A stretch of DNA of 64,000 nucleotides from contig NC_068981.1 in the NCBI RefSeq assembly GCF_001194135.2, positions 72,299,156-72,363,155 on the forward strand. Reading direction: 5' to 3'. Under the pieces are notes generated by a model. It did not search any database, had not been told where the DNA came from, and saw only the letters and a list, made by a program, of their open reading frames with translations. This DNA comes from Octopus bimaculoides (taxonomy: Eukaryota). This document shows, piece after piece, positions 24,748 through 36,867 of the stretch (the stretch's first letter is position 1; each line of letters starts with the position of its first letter). Made by a program: the position numbers and the translations under genes.

Positions 24748-25811
24748 CGGTATTTCGTCTGCCGTTACGTTCTGAGTTCAAATTCCGCCGAGGTCGACTT
24801 TGCCTTTCATCTTTTCGGGGTCGATTAAATAAGTACCAGTTACGCACTGGGGTCGATGTAATCGACTTAATCCCTTTGTCTGTCCTTGTTTGTCCCCTCT
24901 ATGTTTAGCCCCCTGTGGGCAATAAAGAAACAAATATTTCTACTCGTAGTTTCGATTGGTATCTGACACCTTGTCTTTTCATTTATATTGTGTAATTGAT
25001 AATTTTGCAATTTAATCTCGACATTCAATAATGAAAGTATTCAAAGAACGGAAGTCTCGATCATGTCTTCAATATCGTTCAATAGTTAAGTCTGATCACT
25101 GTAAACTAATCCGCATTCGCTAATGATGTCGAACGGTTTAATGAATACTACAAAAATTTAATTTAAAAATAAAGATACTATATTACCAAAATATTACAAT
25201 GTTATTTTCAAAACATTGATTTACATAATATTATCATTATTCCAGAAATTCTTTCATCACAGCAGTCATAGTTAAAATTCGGAGCGTGATTTCACTGACA
25301 CTTCCCTCGTTTTACACTTTTGCAGGTTCAGGGCCGCCTTTACGATTATAGATCCCTCAATCTGAGCAAAACAACGCATTGGGCTCATAGTGTTTATTTA
25401 TTGACAGTAAACTACGGTATTTGACCTTTAGACCTGTGAGGCCTTCAACCGAACTACTCAATGAGTCCATGATTTAAGATAGATCCAGTGGTGTGATAAA
25501 CACCTCTTTGTTCCTCTCATTTTACTTATCACTTGCTATTTTGTTGCTTAACAACTTCATATTTCCTCCAAGCTCATTATTATTATTTGCTTTTATGTGA
25601 ACCCATACTGTATCATCCTGAAATGCCCCAGTATTTTTGTCAAACTTTAGTGGTTCATACACTGTTATAAGCCTTTTATGGGTTAACTTTGCTTTTCATT
25701 CTTTTGGAGTCGATGAAATAAGTACCAGTTGAGCACTGGGGTAAGTTTAATCAATTATTATTCTCCTCTCCATAAAATTTCTGCCCTTGTACCTATAGTA
25801 GAAAGAATTAT

Positions 25812-26020
25812 TAAGGCAACAAGCTGGCCGAATCGTGAGTACATCGGGAAAAATACTTAGCAGCATTTTGTCCGTCTTTACGTTCTGGGTTCAAATTCCA
25901 TCGAGGTTGCCTTTGCCTTTCATCTTTCGGGGTCGATAAATTAAGTACCAATTGCGTACTCGGGGTCGATGTGATCGACTGACCTCCTCCCCACAAAAAC
26001 AGGTCCTGTGCCTGTAGTAG
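25812..26020 (+). mobile_element. tRNA-derived SINE (type A)
   Basis: Head, B-box-like GGGTTCAAATTCC, core and GTGCCTGTAGTAGAAAAG tail. Confidence 0.75.
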
Positions 26021-26355
26021 AAAAGATTATTATTATTGTTTTTATTGAAATTAATGAGACATCAAAAATATTGCAATGTTTTATCTTGTATTATTGTTTG
26101 CTTTTTAGAGTGTTTCCATTATTTCTATTCTTTAAGATAATGTTTATGCTTCAATTACATGTTCCAGTATTTCAATATTTTTATATTAGCCTTTTATTTG
26201 TTATTATTGTAGGAGCCTAACTACCTGACATTACATAAAGAGGGGAATATTAACAGATTTATGATAATGATGGTGGGATGTTAATTGTGATAGTGTTAAT
26301 GATGGTTGTTATGATGGTGGTATTGAAATAAATTAATCTTTATTCCTCTTCACAG

Positions 26356-26521
26356 CCCGTACTCTTCACCGTTATTTGGAATGGCACAATCATGGAAAAG
26401 AATGGCCATCTGTGAAACTTCCTGTTAACGATGTGCTTTATTACACAATCAAAAGAATTAATGAAGCTGCAGGAATCTACCAAATGTTCCAAGTCCTCAT
26501 TGATGTCATTATTTTGAACGA
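26356..26521 (+). CDS. FOXRED2: FOXRED2 coding exon (absent from the ORF track)
   Basis: CTCTTCACAG|CC...AACGA|GTAAG. Encodes ARTLHRYLEWHNHGKEWPSVKLPVNDVLYYTIKRINEAAGIYQMFQVLIDVIILN (human: RAVHRLLEHRHH...[22 protein letters not shown]). Phases fit both neighbours. Confidence 0.93.
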
Positions 26522-26764
26522 GTAAGTCTGATGAATTATCTTTTGGAAACCGTTTTAAGCAAAGGACCTCATACCTGTCTCAAAAATAATGATTACTTTT
26601 AAAAGTAATAGAAGGTTGTTTTTTTTCTAATATCCCCAATGATATAATTGAAGTATAATACAGTAAGGTTATAGATTCAGTTTACCAACGGTGAACTCCC
26701 ACATTATCTTACTCACTCATTCCCTTCTAAATATGAAATCAAATCTTTAAACTCAAGCAAATAT

Positions 26765-26799
<35 letters not shown>

Positions 26800-27269
26800 A
26801 ACACATACATATTTATATATTTAAAGCCTCAACGGGTTCTGCCTTTTTTAAACAATATTGAAAGAAATCAAAGGATAAAAGACCCAATAACATTCAAACA
26901 GCATCTGAACAAATTCCTCTAAGAAATACATCTCAACAAAGAACTGAGTGGGCTATGACGCCCTAAAACTTGACACTAACCCCAAGAGGTGCTATTACGT
27001 TAAACAAGGCCTGGGATGATAGTGGTCAAAACCTCTAGCTCTCACTCTCTCTCTCTTTCAATGTATGTATGCATGTATGCATGTATGTATGTATGCGTAC
27101 ATATATATATATGTATGTATATATATATATGTATGTATATATATATNNNNNNNNNNNNNNNNNNNNNNNNNNNNNNNNNNNNNNNNNNNNNNNNNNNNNN
27201 NNNNNNNNNNNNNNNNNNNNNNNNNNNNNNNNNNNNNNNNNNNNNNTTAAAAAAAAAAGAAATCCCTAA

Positions 27270-27450
27270 GTTATTCCATGTTAAAGTTGTCGTATCGTCT
27301 GCGTAGCTTGCAAGGGTGGCTATCCGGGAACTTGAGGGCATATCTGAGAGGGCCACTGTAAAAAGCAGTGGTCCCAAGACAGTGCCCTGTGGAACACCGC
27401 TCGTTATTTGTGTTTTCATAGAGGTGGCTCCATTAGCCACTACTGCCTGA
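27270..27450 (-). mobile_element. CR1/L2/Jockey-type LINE reverse transcriptase fragment
   Basis: QAVVANG...TSGVPQGTVLGPLLFTVALSDMP...ASYADDT (GVPQG..LGP and YADD motifs). Confidence 0.85.
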
Positions 27451-27454
27451 CTCT

Positions 27455-28650
27455 CTTAAGTGCTACTGATAGCATGTAATCTAGTACAATCTGTTGCATG
27501 GTTGGGTTGCTGGCGACTAAACTGGTACCCCCACCAGGCTACCCTGGTGAGGTGGGTTGCTAGAAACCCAGCAGGATTAAAAACAAGACCTGTTGAAAAC
27601 TCGGATGGACCTAGTGCAGGCTCAACGGCTATCTAGCAATAACACGGGTACGCAGAAATTCCGGGATGGTGTCCGGCGTACTGAAAGACCACTGGGAGTG
27701 AGGCGCCCCNNNNNNNNNNGCAGAAATTCCGGGATGGTGTCCGGCGTACTGAAAGACCACTGGGAGTGAGGCGCCCCTCAGCTTTTGTTGAAGCATGTCT
27801 CTAGAAGGTCACTCTGATATAAAACCAGATATGCAGGGAATGGCATTGGACATTTTGGGGATCTTTGGTTTGTGCTAGAGATCATGATGTTCCCACAAGT
27901 CTGCGACTCATATTTGCACCAGACATCTTGCTCCGGCTTGTCTCTGGATTATGTCAATAAAGTGGAGAGGGTCAATGGAGGTGTTGCGCAAGCCTTATTG
28001 GACCTAAAACTCTGCACAGGCATTGCCGACCTCTGTTCGATATGTGAATTTTTTCCCCTATATATATTCATCTAATTTTTAGTATATATTTAACTTATTT
28101 TTAATATACATTTTCTTCATTTTTAGTATATATATATATATTTTTATTCGGAAGTTCTGCGGCAATGGGAAGGTGGTAAAGCATGCAGACCTGACGGGTT
28201 GGAAGCATGTAGTCAGCGATCTGCATGTAGGCAGCCCATGCTAGGTATAAAGTTGTCTTCTTGTCGCCCAAGACAGCGGTAGGATTTGGTTGCTGCATGG
28301 GTGTCTGAGCAGCTCCATTTGGAGAGGGCACTGCTCACCCGGAGGCCGAGGAGGGTCTAGAAAAGGTGAACCAAAAATTGCCTGTCTTTCCATATCTGGT
28401 CAGTTTAGCGCGACTGACGGATGTCCACCCTGCGCTCGAAAAACAAAGAGTCTTTTATTTATAAAATCTGGACGGAACTTAAATATTTCATGTTGGAATG
28501 TGCGCTCTCTGTTGGACAACAAGAGTGATTGTAGGCCTGAAAGACGCACTGCACTTGTTGCTTGTGAGCTGAACCGTTATAACATTGATTTAGCTGCACT
28601 CTCAGAGACTCGTATAGAAGGTGATGGTCAACTTGAGGAAGTAGGAGGAG
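27455..28650 (+). mobile_element. 5' part of an RTE-clade LINE (5' UTR and N-terminal AP endonuclease), truncated
   Basis: NISCWNVRSLLDNKSDCRPERRTALVACELNRYNIDLAALSETRIEGDGQLEEVGG is the RTE/BovB-type APE N-terminus. The 5' boundary is approximate. Confidence 0.8.
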
Positions 28651-29393
28651 ATCCCTGGCCTGGCAGTGCTATCGAGAAGCACTACCTGTTCGAGATAAGC
28701 TCTACAGGCATGGCTCTAGAAATACTGAACTGATCTGCCTGAGACCATTTCCGACCTGTGGGCTTATGTCGAACAACTGTTGTCGCGTATCGGATGAGTT
28801 GGTTTATCAGCCGAGTCTATCGTTAATATTGCCCTGCCTCCTTCCTTCAAACGAGAAGGAAGAGCTGTTTTCATTATACTAGTGGCTATGGCAAAAGAAT
28901 GTGTATGGTGAACGTGTTTGAAAGGCCTAGAAACAAACATTTTCCTCTCTGGTCAATCACTCATCAACTTTTTCAAGTATTACTTGAAAAGGAACGTGAG
29001 AGTAGAGAGGGAAGTTTTGTCTAGTGAATGTTTAACGGAAAAATGGGTGAATTTAGCAAGGATGGCACGTGTGAATGACAGAGGGATTCATAGTCCTATG
29101 AACCAAAGAGAAAGAGAGTACTTCACTCTAATGTATTTTTGTATTTCATTGCCCGAGGTTACATTAGTCTTTTCGTAGGCTTTTCTTTCCACGGATAAAC
29201 CTTATATGTTTTTTCACCTTTTTACTCTTCTACTGTGATACATGATCCCTTTTGATCGTTTTTTTTTTCATTTTTTTTTTTTACACAATCCCTTTTGATC
29301 AGAAATCTATTTTCTCCTTTTTTTCTCGAAAAGAAAAGCTCTACATTGTACTTTGTCTCCTCTGTGTTCGGTCCTGTGTGGCTAATAAAGAAA
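28651..29393 (+). mobile_element. 5'-truncated Tx1/L1-type LINE: ORF2 C-terminus (zf-RVT-like region) plus 3' UTR
   Basis: SLAWQCYREALPVRDKLYRHG...C, then (frameshift) SDLWAYVEQLLSR...AKECVW...LINFFKYYLKR...EKW. The 3' UTR is shared with 1119-1414 and ends GGCTAATAAAGAAA. Confidence 0.65.
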
Positions 29394-29823
29394 GTTATCT
29401 CTTTGATTCTTTAGATGTGCTGGCCTCCTGATAATTAATCGATATTAATTAATATATGAACAATTACCAGATTTTATAATAATATCTATATATNNNNNNN
29501 NNNNNNNNNNNNNNNNNNNNNNNNNNNNNNNNNNNNNNNNNNNNNNNNNNNNNNNNNNNNNNNNNNNNNNNNNNNNNNNNNNNNNNNNNNNNNNNNNNNN
29601 NNNNNNNNNNNNNNNNNNNNNNNNNNNNNNNNNNNNNNNNNNNNNNNNNNNNNNNNNNNNNNNNNNNTATATATAATTTCATTATTCTATTTCATGAAGT
29701 GATTGAAGCTTGAATGACGTCTCAAAATTTTATTTAGCTACATATTCATAATTTACATTTTTTATTTTAAATTGTTAAAATTTTGAGAAAAGGTTTCCAG
29801 TGAAAGTTTTGCTCATTTTACAG

Positions 29824-30062
29824 GGATCACACTGAAGTAACGTATGTACAAGAAGTTCCTTTGAAGATGCTTCATAAATTGCCTGAAGTAACTGGTATTC
29901 CATGCAAGGAAATTATAGCAATTGTTTTCCAATATGGAGCCAACTTTTCAGGTCCTGGGAATGATGTATTCCGAGAAGATCGAGCTAACGTTAACCCAGA
30001 GAAAGCTGATAAATCAAATTTTCTTCATCCTGTATTATATCATTACAAAAATCTACCGAGTG
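29824..30062 (+). CDS. FOXRED2: FOXRED2 coding exon
   Basis: TTTTACAG|G...AGTG|GTGAG. Encodes YVQEVP...FQYGANFSGPGNDVF...SNFLHPVLYHYKNLPS (human: MEYGRNFSGPDKDVF...SNFLHPVIYYYRYLPT). Confidence 0.95.
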
Positions 30063-30934
30063 GTGAGTTTTTTTTATTATTATTTTAGTTGTCTATTTTA
30101 TCTTTATACTTAAGAGGTGGGTCTTATATGATAATTGTATTGTAGGAGAGTCGGAGCAACTACTTAAAACATTTGCACATATCATTGTGTCTTTGTTTTA
30201 TTTTATAAATAGTACAATACAATATTATAGTATCAGTACTCAGATTGTAGGTATATAACCGAAGACTACGATATATCAAAGTATGCAAGCTGCTACAAAA
30301 TGCAACAAAAGTGAATATAATTGTACATGTGTGTTTTAAATTACTATTGTGACTATCACAATAATATGGTCTCATTCTTAATACACTGTCAGCTCAACTC
30401 ACTTGTCAAGTCTGAAAGAACACGTAATAATTTTATTGTATCCAATTTTTAAAACTGGACTGAGTGTTACTGCTATTTGAATGATGATATCTTACACATG
30501 AATATCTCTTCCTAATGACAAACACTGAAATGGGATGTGTGAGAGAGACCAATTGTAAAGGAGTTCTTTACCTGGTGAGACATAATTATTTTCAGAAATC
30601 CCAGTTTAACTAAGTGTAGAATTAGGTTAAGTGAGTCACAAGATTTGATATTTATCTATGTGTTATCATTCAGATCATGAATTTAAAGGACAACTGGTTG
30701 CTATTTCAAGGAAGATAGGCACGTGTGAAGATACTCACTCATATGTTGATAGTCTTGGATCCCTTTGATTCCTTCTGCTTTAGTGTATTGGATCCTCAAA
30801 CCTATTCAATGCTTAAAAAAACTGCTAAGTTACAGGAACATAAACACTATCACCAGTTGTCAAGCGGTGGCAGGGGGTTGAACACAGATACAAACACCAC
30901 ACACACACACATATATATATATATATACATATAT

Positions 30935-31090
30935 ATGACAGGCTTCTTTCAGTTTCCATCTACCAAATCCACTCGCAAGGCTTTGGTCGGCCCGAGGCTA
31001 TAGTAGAAGACACTTTCCCAAGGTGCCACGCACTGGGACTGAACCTAGAACCATGTGGTTGAGAAGCAAGCTTCTTGCAACACAGCCATA
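30935..31090 (-). mobile_element. tRNA-derived SINE (type B), 5' part
   Basis: Reverse complement of 48817-48980. Confidence 0.75.
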
Positions 31091-32479
31091 GCTGTTAAAA
31101 TATTTTGTGTATTATAAAAATATATCCAGTGCATTACACATAGATTTTAACAGCAAAATCTTGTGGACCCTGGTTGAGAACCAGTGGTCACCACAAACAC
31201 AAAAGTAAAAACAAAGTGAGATGTGTGAGGTGTCATGTTTCGCCATTTTCTCAACGCAAACTGAGGAACTTTTTTGTGATTCCTATGCAGACAAATTTTT
31301 CTCATGTGTTTTTGTCCTACACTTTACTGATGTTATAGTCGAAAATAGTATTCAATCATGAATTTCTTTTACTGTTATTCTACCACTTAACATAGTGACA
31401 ATTGACTTATCATTTCAGCTGATTAGCTATGTGCTCAAAGTTAGCTTTCTTTCGATCTGTAATGTGAAAACACTGAATTTTAAATTTGATTTCGTTTTAA
31501 CCATGTGTGAAGTTAGAATCGATTGTAAAATGATATACAAAACAGTGTTAAAATGATATACAAAACAAATGTAAAAATAGAAGCCCAATGGAGCTATCTA
31601 CTGAAACAGCTTAGTTCCCCTGATAATTCTCACTTTCATTAAAAACAGATAATATCTAAACCATATGAAGTGGATATTGTCAAGGTGATTTTGTGAAGTC
31701 ATAATGCATTGAAGCATTCATAAAAGCAACAGCAATAGATTTCCATTGTAGTTTAGCTATTTCCATTACATTGTGCAGAATGTTGACTTTAATTCTTGTG
31801 TACTCAGCATTATAAAGAATGAATTCTTAAAAACCGAATTGCGTGTGCACACACTTGTTTATGTAATGTGTGTGTGTGTGTGTGTTTATTAGTTCAGTTA
31901 CAAACATTAAACAGAAGATTCACTCAGTAACTATTTCATTTTCACAAGAGAAAGGTTACCCGTTATTACTTCGAAATTTCGGCTTAGTAACTAGAAACCA
32001 CAACAGAGATTTATGAAAATATAGATCGTTTAATGTCTGTCATGGTTTCTGACTGTGCAAGCGAGGAAACTGAAGAGAATTTTCAGAAGTTGACCCAAAC
32101 CTCATAGGCAGAGTATGTGCACAAGCAAATTCACAATACTTTCCTGCAGTCTTCTCTTGATTGACATTTGACGTTAATGGGTGACTCACTATGTCCATGT
32201 CTGTATATTTACATCTGTTGCATATGTATGCGCATGCAAGTATAAATATGTCTGTGTGTATAAGCTGTTATGTTCATCAATATGGCCTAGGATTCCACAT
32301 ACATGCAGAAATCGGTCTTGGCAGACATCAGTGGCACCAATATAAAAGAGGAAGAAAGAAATACTTGGTTATGGTTGTAGTGTTTTTTATTTATTGTTTG
32401 TATGCCTGATCAGATGTAACTTGGAGCTAATTAGCATCAAAATAACCAGCAACAGAAACTCTGAACAGTTGATCATACT

Positions 32480-32920
32480 CTTAAGAAATGTGTTACAGTG
32501 TGTGTTCGTCTCTAAGGGAAAAACCTCTCTAATCTCTATAACTATCATCCAAATGCTTTCCCTTCCAATAACTGAAGTTGATTAAAATAATCCATAAATA
32601 ACCACCTTCTACATATCCTGAATTTATCTCCCTCCTCCTTATCAACATTATAGTCACTGCAAATACATCTATTGATGATTACCTCCCCTATGTAACTCAT
32701 CAGGTTTTTATCTCCTGAGAACTTTGCCAAAAAGCAATGTTTTACTTGACGTAAGCAAAACTTTTACTGTATTGGATATGAGAAGCTTCTAGTTAAGCTG
32801 TGTAACGATGGGATATATCCATCTTTCATCTTTTGGATTGCAAGTTTGCTGTAAGACTATGCCATTATATCATATGTCAACAAGGCCTTCTTTCCACCAG
32901 CGTCTTTTTATGTTCATGTA
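32480..32920 (+). mobile_element. Degenerate CR1-like LINE RT fragment
   Basis: Broken frames give ...DDYLPYVTH..., DVSKTF... and LLVKLCNDGIYPSFIFWIASLL, resembling STGDLL.YVTH / DISKAF / LL.KL.SYG......WI.SFL. Confidence 0.5.
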
Positions 32921-34091
32921 AATTCTTATATGTATTGGTGTGTGGGTAGATGTGATTGGACGAATGCAAGAGTTATACATGATCTACTTCAAATTTCTTG
33001 CTCGGATAGTGCAGTAATCGGACAAGCTGTATAAGCGTACGCTGCATGATCCGGCAATCGTTCAGGCTCAGATAACATGGGTACTAAGGAAAAACGTTAA
33101 GGCACGTTCTCAAAGAGAAGGGGAATAATTCTGTTCATGGAATCTACGTTATGTCCCTTTAACTCGTTAACTGAAGAATATTGTTAATGTGTTATAACTA
33201 TACCTAGTTAAGTAGGAAGAATCATGTAAGAAATGCTAAACTATATATATATATAATATCATAAAAAAGTAGGATGCAAAATGATCACGTACAGGCAGTT
33301 CGTTAGCCTCAAGCAAAGACATGGCTTGTAGAGATAACACAGAGCAGATAATACTCGATGAATAAAATTTATTAATCAAAGTATGTTGTGCACTGCATAC
33401 CATATCGAATTAGATAAATTCCGATAAGATGACTGACCACATACAACTCCAATATATTGCAACAAAGGTTGCTAACTATGTGACTATAAATCGGTGCGAA
33501 TGAAGTAGTTAAACACATACTACATAAGTTTCCAAAGGATAAACTGAACAGAAGTTATGTAATTAAGTTATTACATATATGCTCTTCTTCTGCTACTCTT
33601 ACCTATTGTTTATTAGCTCATTGTCAAAACATAACTTCAATGAACTGGGAAGAAATTACAACATCTACAACAGTGAAATGATGGGTTGAATCAAGGCTTG
33701 GTTAAGCGACCAATAAAATTCATTATCAACTCAAGAGGAAAGGGGTGTGATTTAAGGAGATCATTAGTCAGTCACTTAAAAGAATGAATATGGTCAGTGG
33801 GGAATGGATGTGAAGAGAACGAAGGAGATAAATATCAATATGAGATAATAAAGTTCAGGCTAAAGCACTGAGTCAGCAAGACTTCATTAGGAAGATAATT
33901 GAGCTCCATAAAGTCCTACATGCAGGCACCGCATACACAAATATATATATATATATATATGAATGTGTGTGTGTGCATGTAAAAAGAATGAAGAATGTAC
34001 GTACAAGTATCATTACATATGTGCAAATACAAGCATGCACATATAAACACGTGTGCATACACATGCTCCCACACGTACATGTGTATCTATC

Positions 34092-34124
<33 letters not shown>

Positions 34125-34302
34125 ATATATGCTTCTGCACATCCCACCACATGTGTGTGTGTGGTTAAATGCTGGTACATGCATACCACCCCACCCACAC
34201 ATATCCATGGATGTATACAAATATCTATGCTTACCTATATGCATATATAAAAATAAATACAAACACATACACACATACATATACCAATGCTATAAGCATA
34301 TC

Positions 34303-35080
34303 CCATGAGAGTTGAGAATATTCTGCACGATGAACTTGGCATGACCAAAGTTTTTGCTTGGTGGGTGCCATGTCTTTAGACACCTGATCAAAAGTGTACC
34401 AGGCTGATTACATCATGGGAAAATCTGTCATTGTTTCAGGCAGATGCAGCCAGTTTCCTTGAATGTTTCCTAAACAGGGATGAGGTCACCACTTTGAGTC
34501 AGAAACAGACAATCCATGTAGTGAAAACACTCCTCCTCACCTGCTCCAAAGAAGGCAAACGTAGTTTCATCTGTAGAGGTGGTGGCCTCAATTTTTGGGG
34601 ATGCAAAAGGAATTGTATTAATTGACTACCTTCAGAAGGGCCACACCATCAATGGCGAGTACTATGCCAACTTGTTGAGGCAATGATGAAAGGCTATCGA
34701 AACCAAATACTCAGGAAAACTGATGAAAGAGGGTCTTGTTTAATCAGTTCAGTGCTCCAGCACCTGGTTTCACTGGCTGCTGTGCTTGACTGAGGCTTTG
34801 AGCTGGTTGATCACTGTCCCTATTCTCCTGATTTGGGCCCATCTGACTATCATCTGTTCTCCATGAGAAAGCAGTTGGCTGGGAACCAGTATTGCAGTGA
34901 TGATGATGATGTTATATCTACTTTTGATAACTTTTTTAATGAACATGATGAAAGCTTTTTTTTATCAGTGGAATCCAAGTACTACAACACTGATGGAAGA
35001 AATGTGTGGATCGCTAGGGAGACTGTTGGAAAATAAACCTCATTTGATTACATTCCATGAGTATCTTAGTCACTCAATGA
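34303..35080 (+). mobile_element. Dead mariner (Tc1/mariner, D,D34D-type) transposase remnant
   Basis: ILHDELGMTKVFAWWVPCL (WVP motif), FLNRDE, IDYLQKGHTINGEYYANLL, YSPDLGPSDYHLF, WKKCVD. Contains stops and frameshifts, and the second catalytic D is lost. Confidence 0.9.
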
Positions 35081-35521
35081 GCTATGCAAAATAAGGAAAC
35101 CTGTCAACTTAAGATTTTTGTCTATTTGAAAAGCAGAAGATATATTCCAAAACTATGTTCTATTGCATAGGAAATTCAAAAGAGTATTAATTTTGGTAAT
35201 ACTGTTACAATTAATTTGAACTTGGAAGACAAATTAGTAGAAATGAGTTAAAGCTTCAGACTAAAAGTAACTTTACTTTTGGTGATGTACCTGATAGAAA
35301 ATATGAAATTGAAGAGCAAGGAGGAAATATTTGAAAATTCAAGTCACAAGATGACTTTTGTAATACAAAAATATGCATTTTCCATTACTGTACAGTATAG
35401 TGTAGCAAAGGCTAAATTGAAACTAAATATATTTCGCACTTGTGCGTACGCATGTATGTGTGTGTAAGCAAGCATGAAATATTAGAAGCTGGTAATTACT
35501 ATATTTTAATTCTTATTTCAG

Positions 35522-35823
35522 AAAAACAGATGTTAAATTTACGGTCAAAAGAGCTGCTTCCCACACCTGATGATATTCATCATATGGTTGAAGACTTTCT
35601 GACTGTTTGGGATACACCAAACAGCCATATTTTCCCACTTCGACGCTTTCTTGAGAACGTATTCAATAAAGATCTTCGCCACTTCTTCTCTTCTACATGT
35701 GCCAAGTTTCTACTAACTCTCACTTCGCTACCATTGTTCTGCGAACAATATTACATGAAAGGTCAAGGTCTTACTGGAAGTGACCTCTTGTTGGAGATGA
35801 TTGAACAACAACTCGCTGCTTAA
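35522..35823 (+). CDS. FOXRED2: FOXRED2 last coding exon
   Basis: TTATTTCAG|AA. Encodes ...[42 protein letters not shown]...LPLFCEQYYMKGQGL...EQQLAA* (human: [30 protein letters not shown]). Confidence 0.95.
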
Positions 35824-36002
35824 AATTTTGAAGACCAGCAAAGAGTTTAAAAATAACAAAGGCAAAATTCTTCCATTTGGCTTCTTTACATTCTTTCTAT
35901 TTTTTCCCAGAGAGTTTTATTTTTATCCCATTATAACTGAGCGTTTCTTGCCAGAAACTGGTACTTCAAATTCGATATTTGTTCTACTGCATTAAAAAAT
36001 TC

Positions 36003-36008
36003 AATAAA
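36003..36008 (+). terminator. Candidate FOXRED2 polyadenylation signal
   Basis: First AATAAA, 180 bp after the stop codon. Usage is not testable from DNA alone. Confidence 0.4.
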
Positions 36009-36867
36009 AATAATGAAATTCATCATTGTTGGAAATATATTTTTAAACAGTTTTGCAAAAATCTGTATATTACAGAAGTTATTTTTTTAATAGTTATTTT
36101 ATCCACTACTGCATATGATGTGAATCTATTGTAGAAAGTGTCCATAATAAAATTTATGCTCATTACTGAAAAATATCAATAATAGTAATTATACAGTAAC
36201 GCTATTGTTCACTTTGAACTAGGTCAGCAAGAGTTTAGCATCTTGGACTTGACATTAAAATGGTTACTGTATTTGAAGGCATATAAGATGGATTGTTCCA
36301 CTACCACAAAAACAAAAAAGTTCCTTTGAGTCTTATATGCAAAGGTGAGCCTCTCATAAGCTTTAATGCACTAAAACATTTTTTTCCTAGATATGCACAA
36401 CTGGAATTGGGGTGCATCTAATATGTGTGTGCATCTTTTATGCCATCAAATACGGTAGATCTTTTGAGTAAAGTATGAGATTTAAATTCAACTTCTTTTT
36501 CCATAAACCAATGGACTTGATATTAATAAAAATACAAATATCTATAATATTTGTTGGAATGTTTACATTTTCGTTCGAGTAGCTAATTATGTTAAGAACT
36601 TTATAAACGTTTGTAAATGTTTTAACAACATAATCTGCTACCTCATTACATAAAACACCTTGTAAACATGAGCTTTGTCAGACTATATGAAAATACTGAT
36701 GAAATAAAGACTGGAGTTTTTAAAAAATGTCAGAAACAAAAAAAATGAAGTAAGGTATTTTATCAAGTTATCTTACAGTTAAAATTTGAAATAAAATGAA
36801 ATTGTTGGAATATATTGTTAATTCTAAAGAAATCACAACCATCAGAATTTAAATTGTCAAAAATGTT

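Larger units (their letters stand above)
21470..24932 (+). mobile_element. Host SINE (type A head and core with a Tx1-like tail) split by two nested elements. The whole nest is flanked by a 16-bp TSD
   Basis: SINE head at 21470-21523, remainder at 24748-24932. AATATTTCTACTTGTA (21454-21469) vs AATATTTCTACTCGTA (24933-24948). Confidence 0.8.

Noticed and set aside
27652-27777. 58-bp direct repeat
   Set aside because: Identical copies flank a 10-N gap, typical of an unmerged contig overlap. The same applies around 15911-15920.
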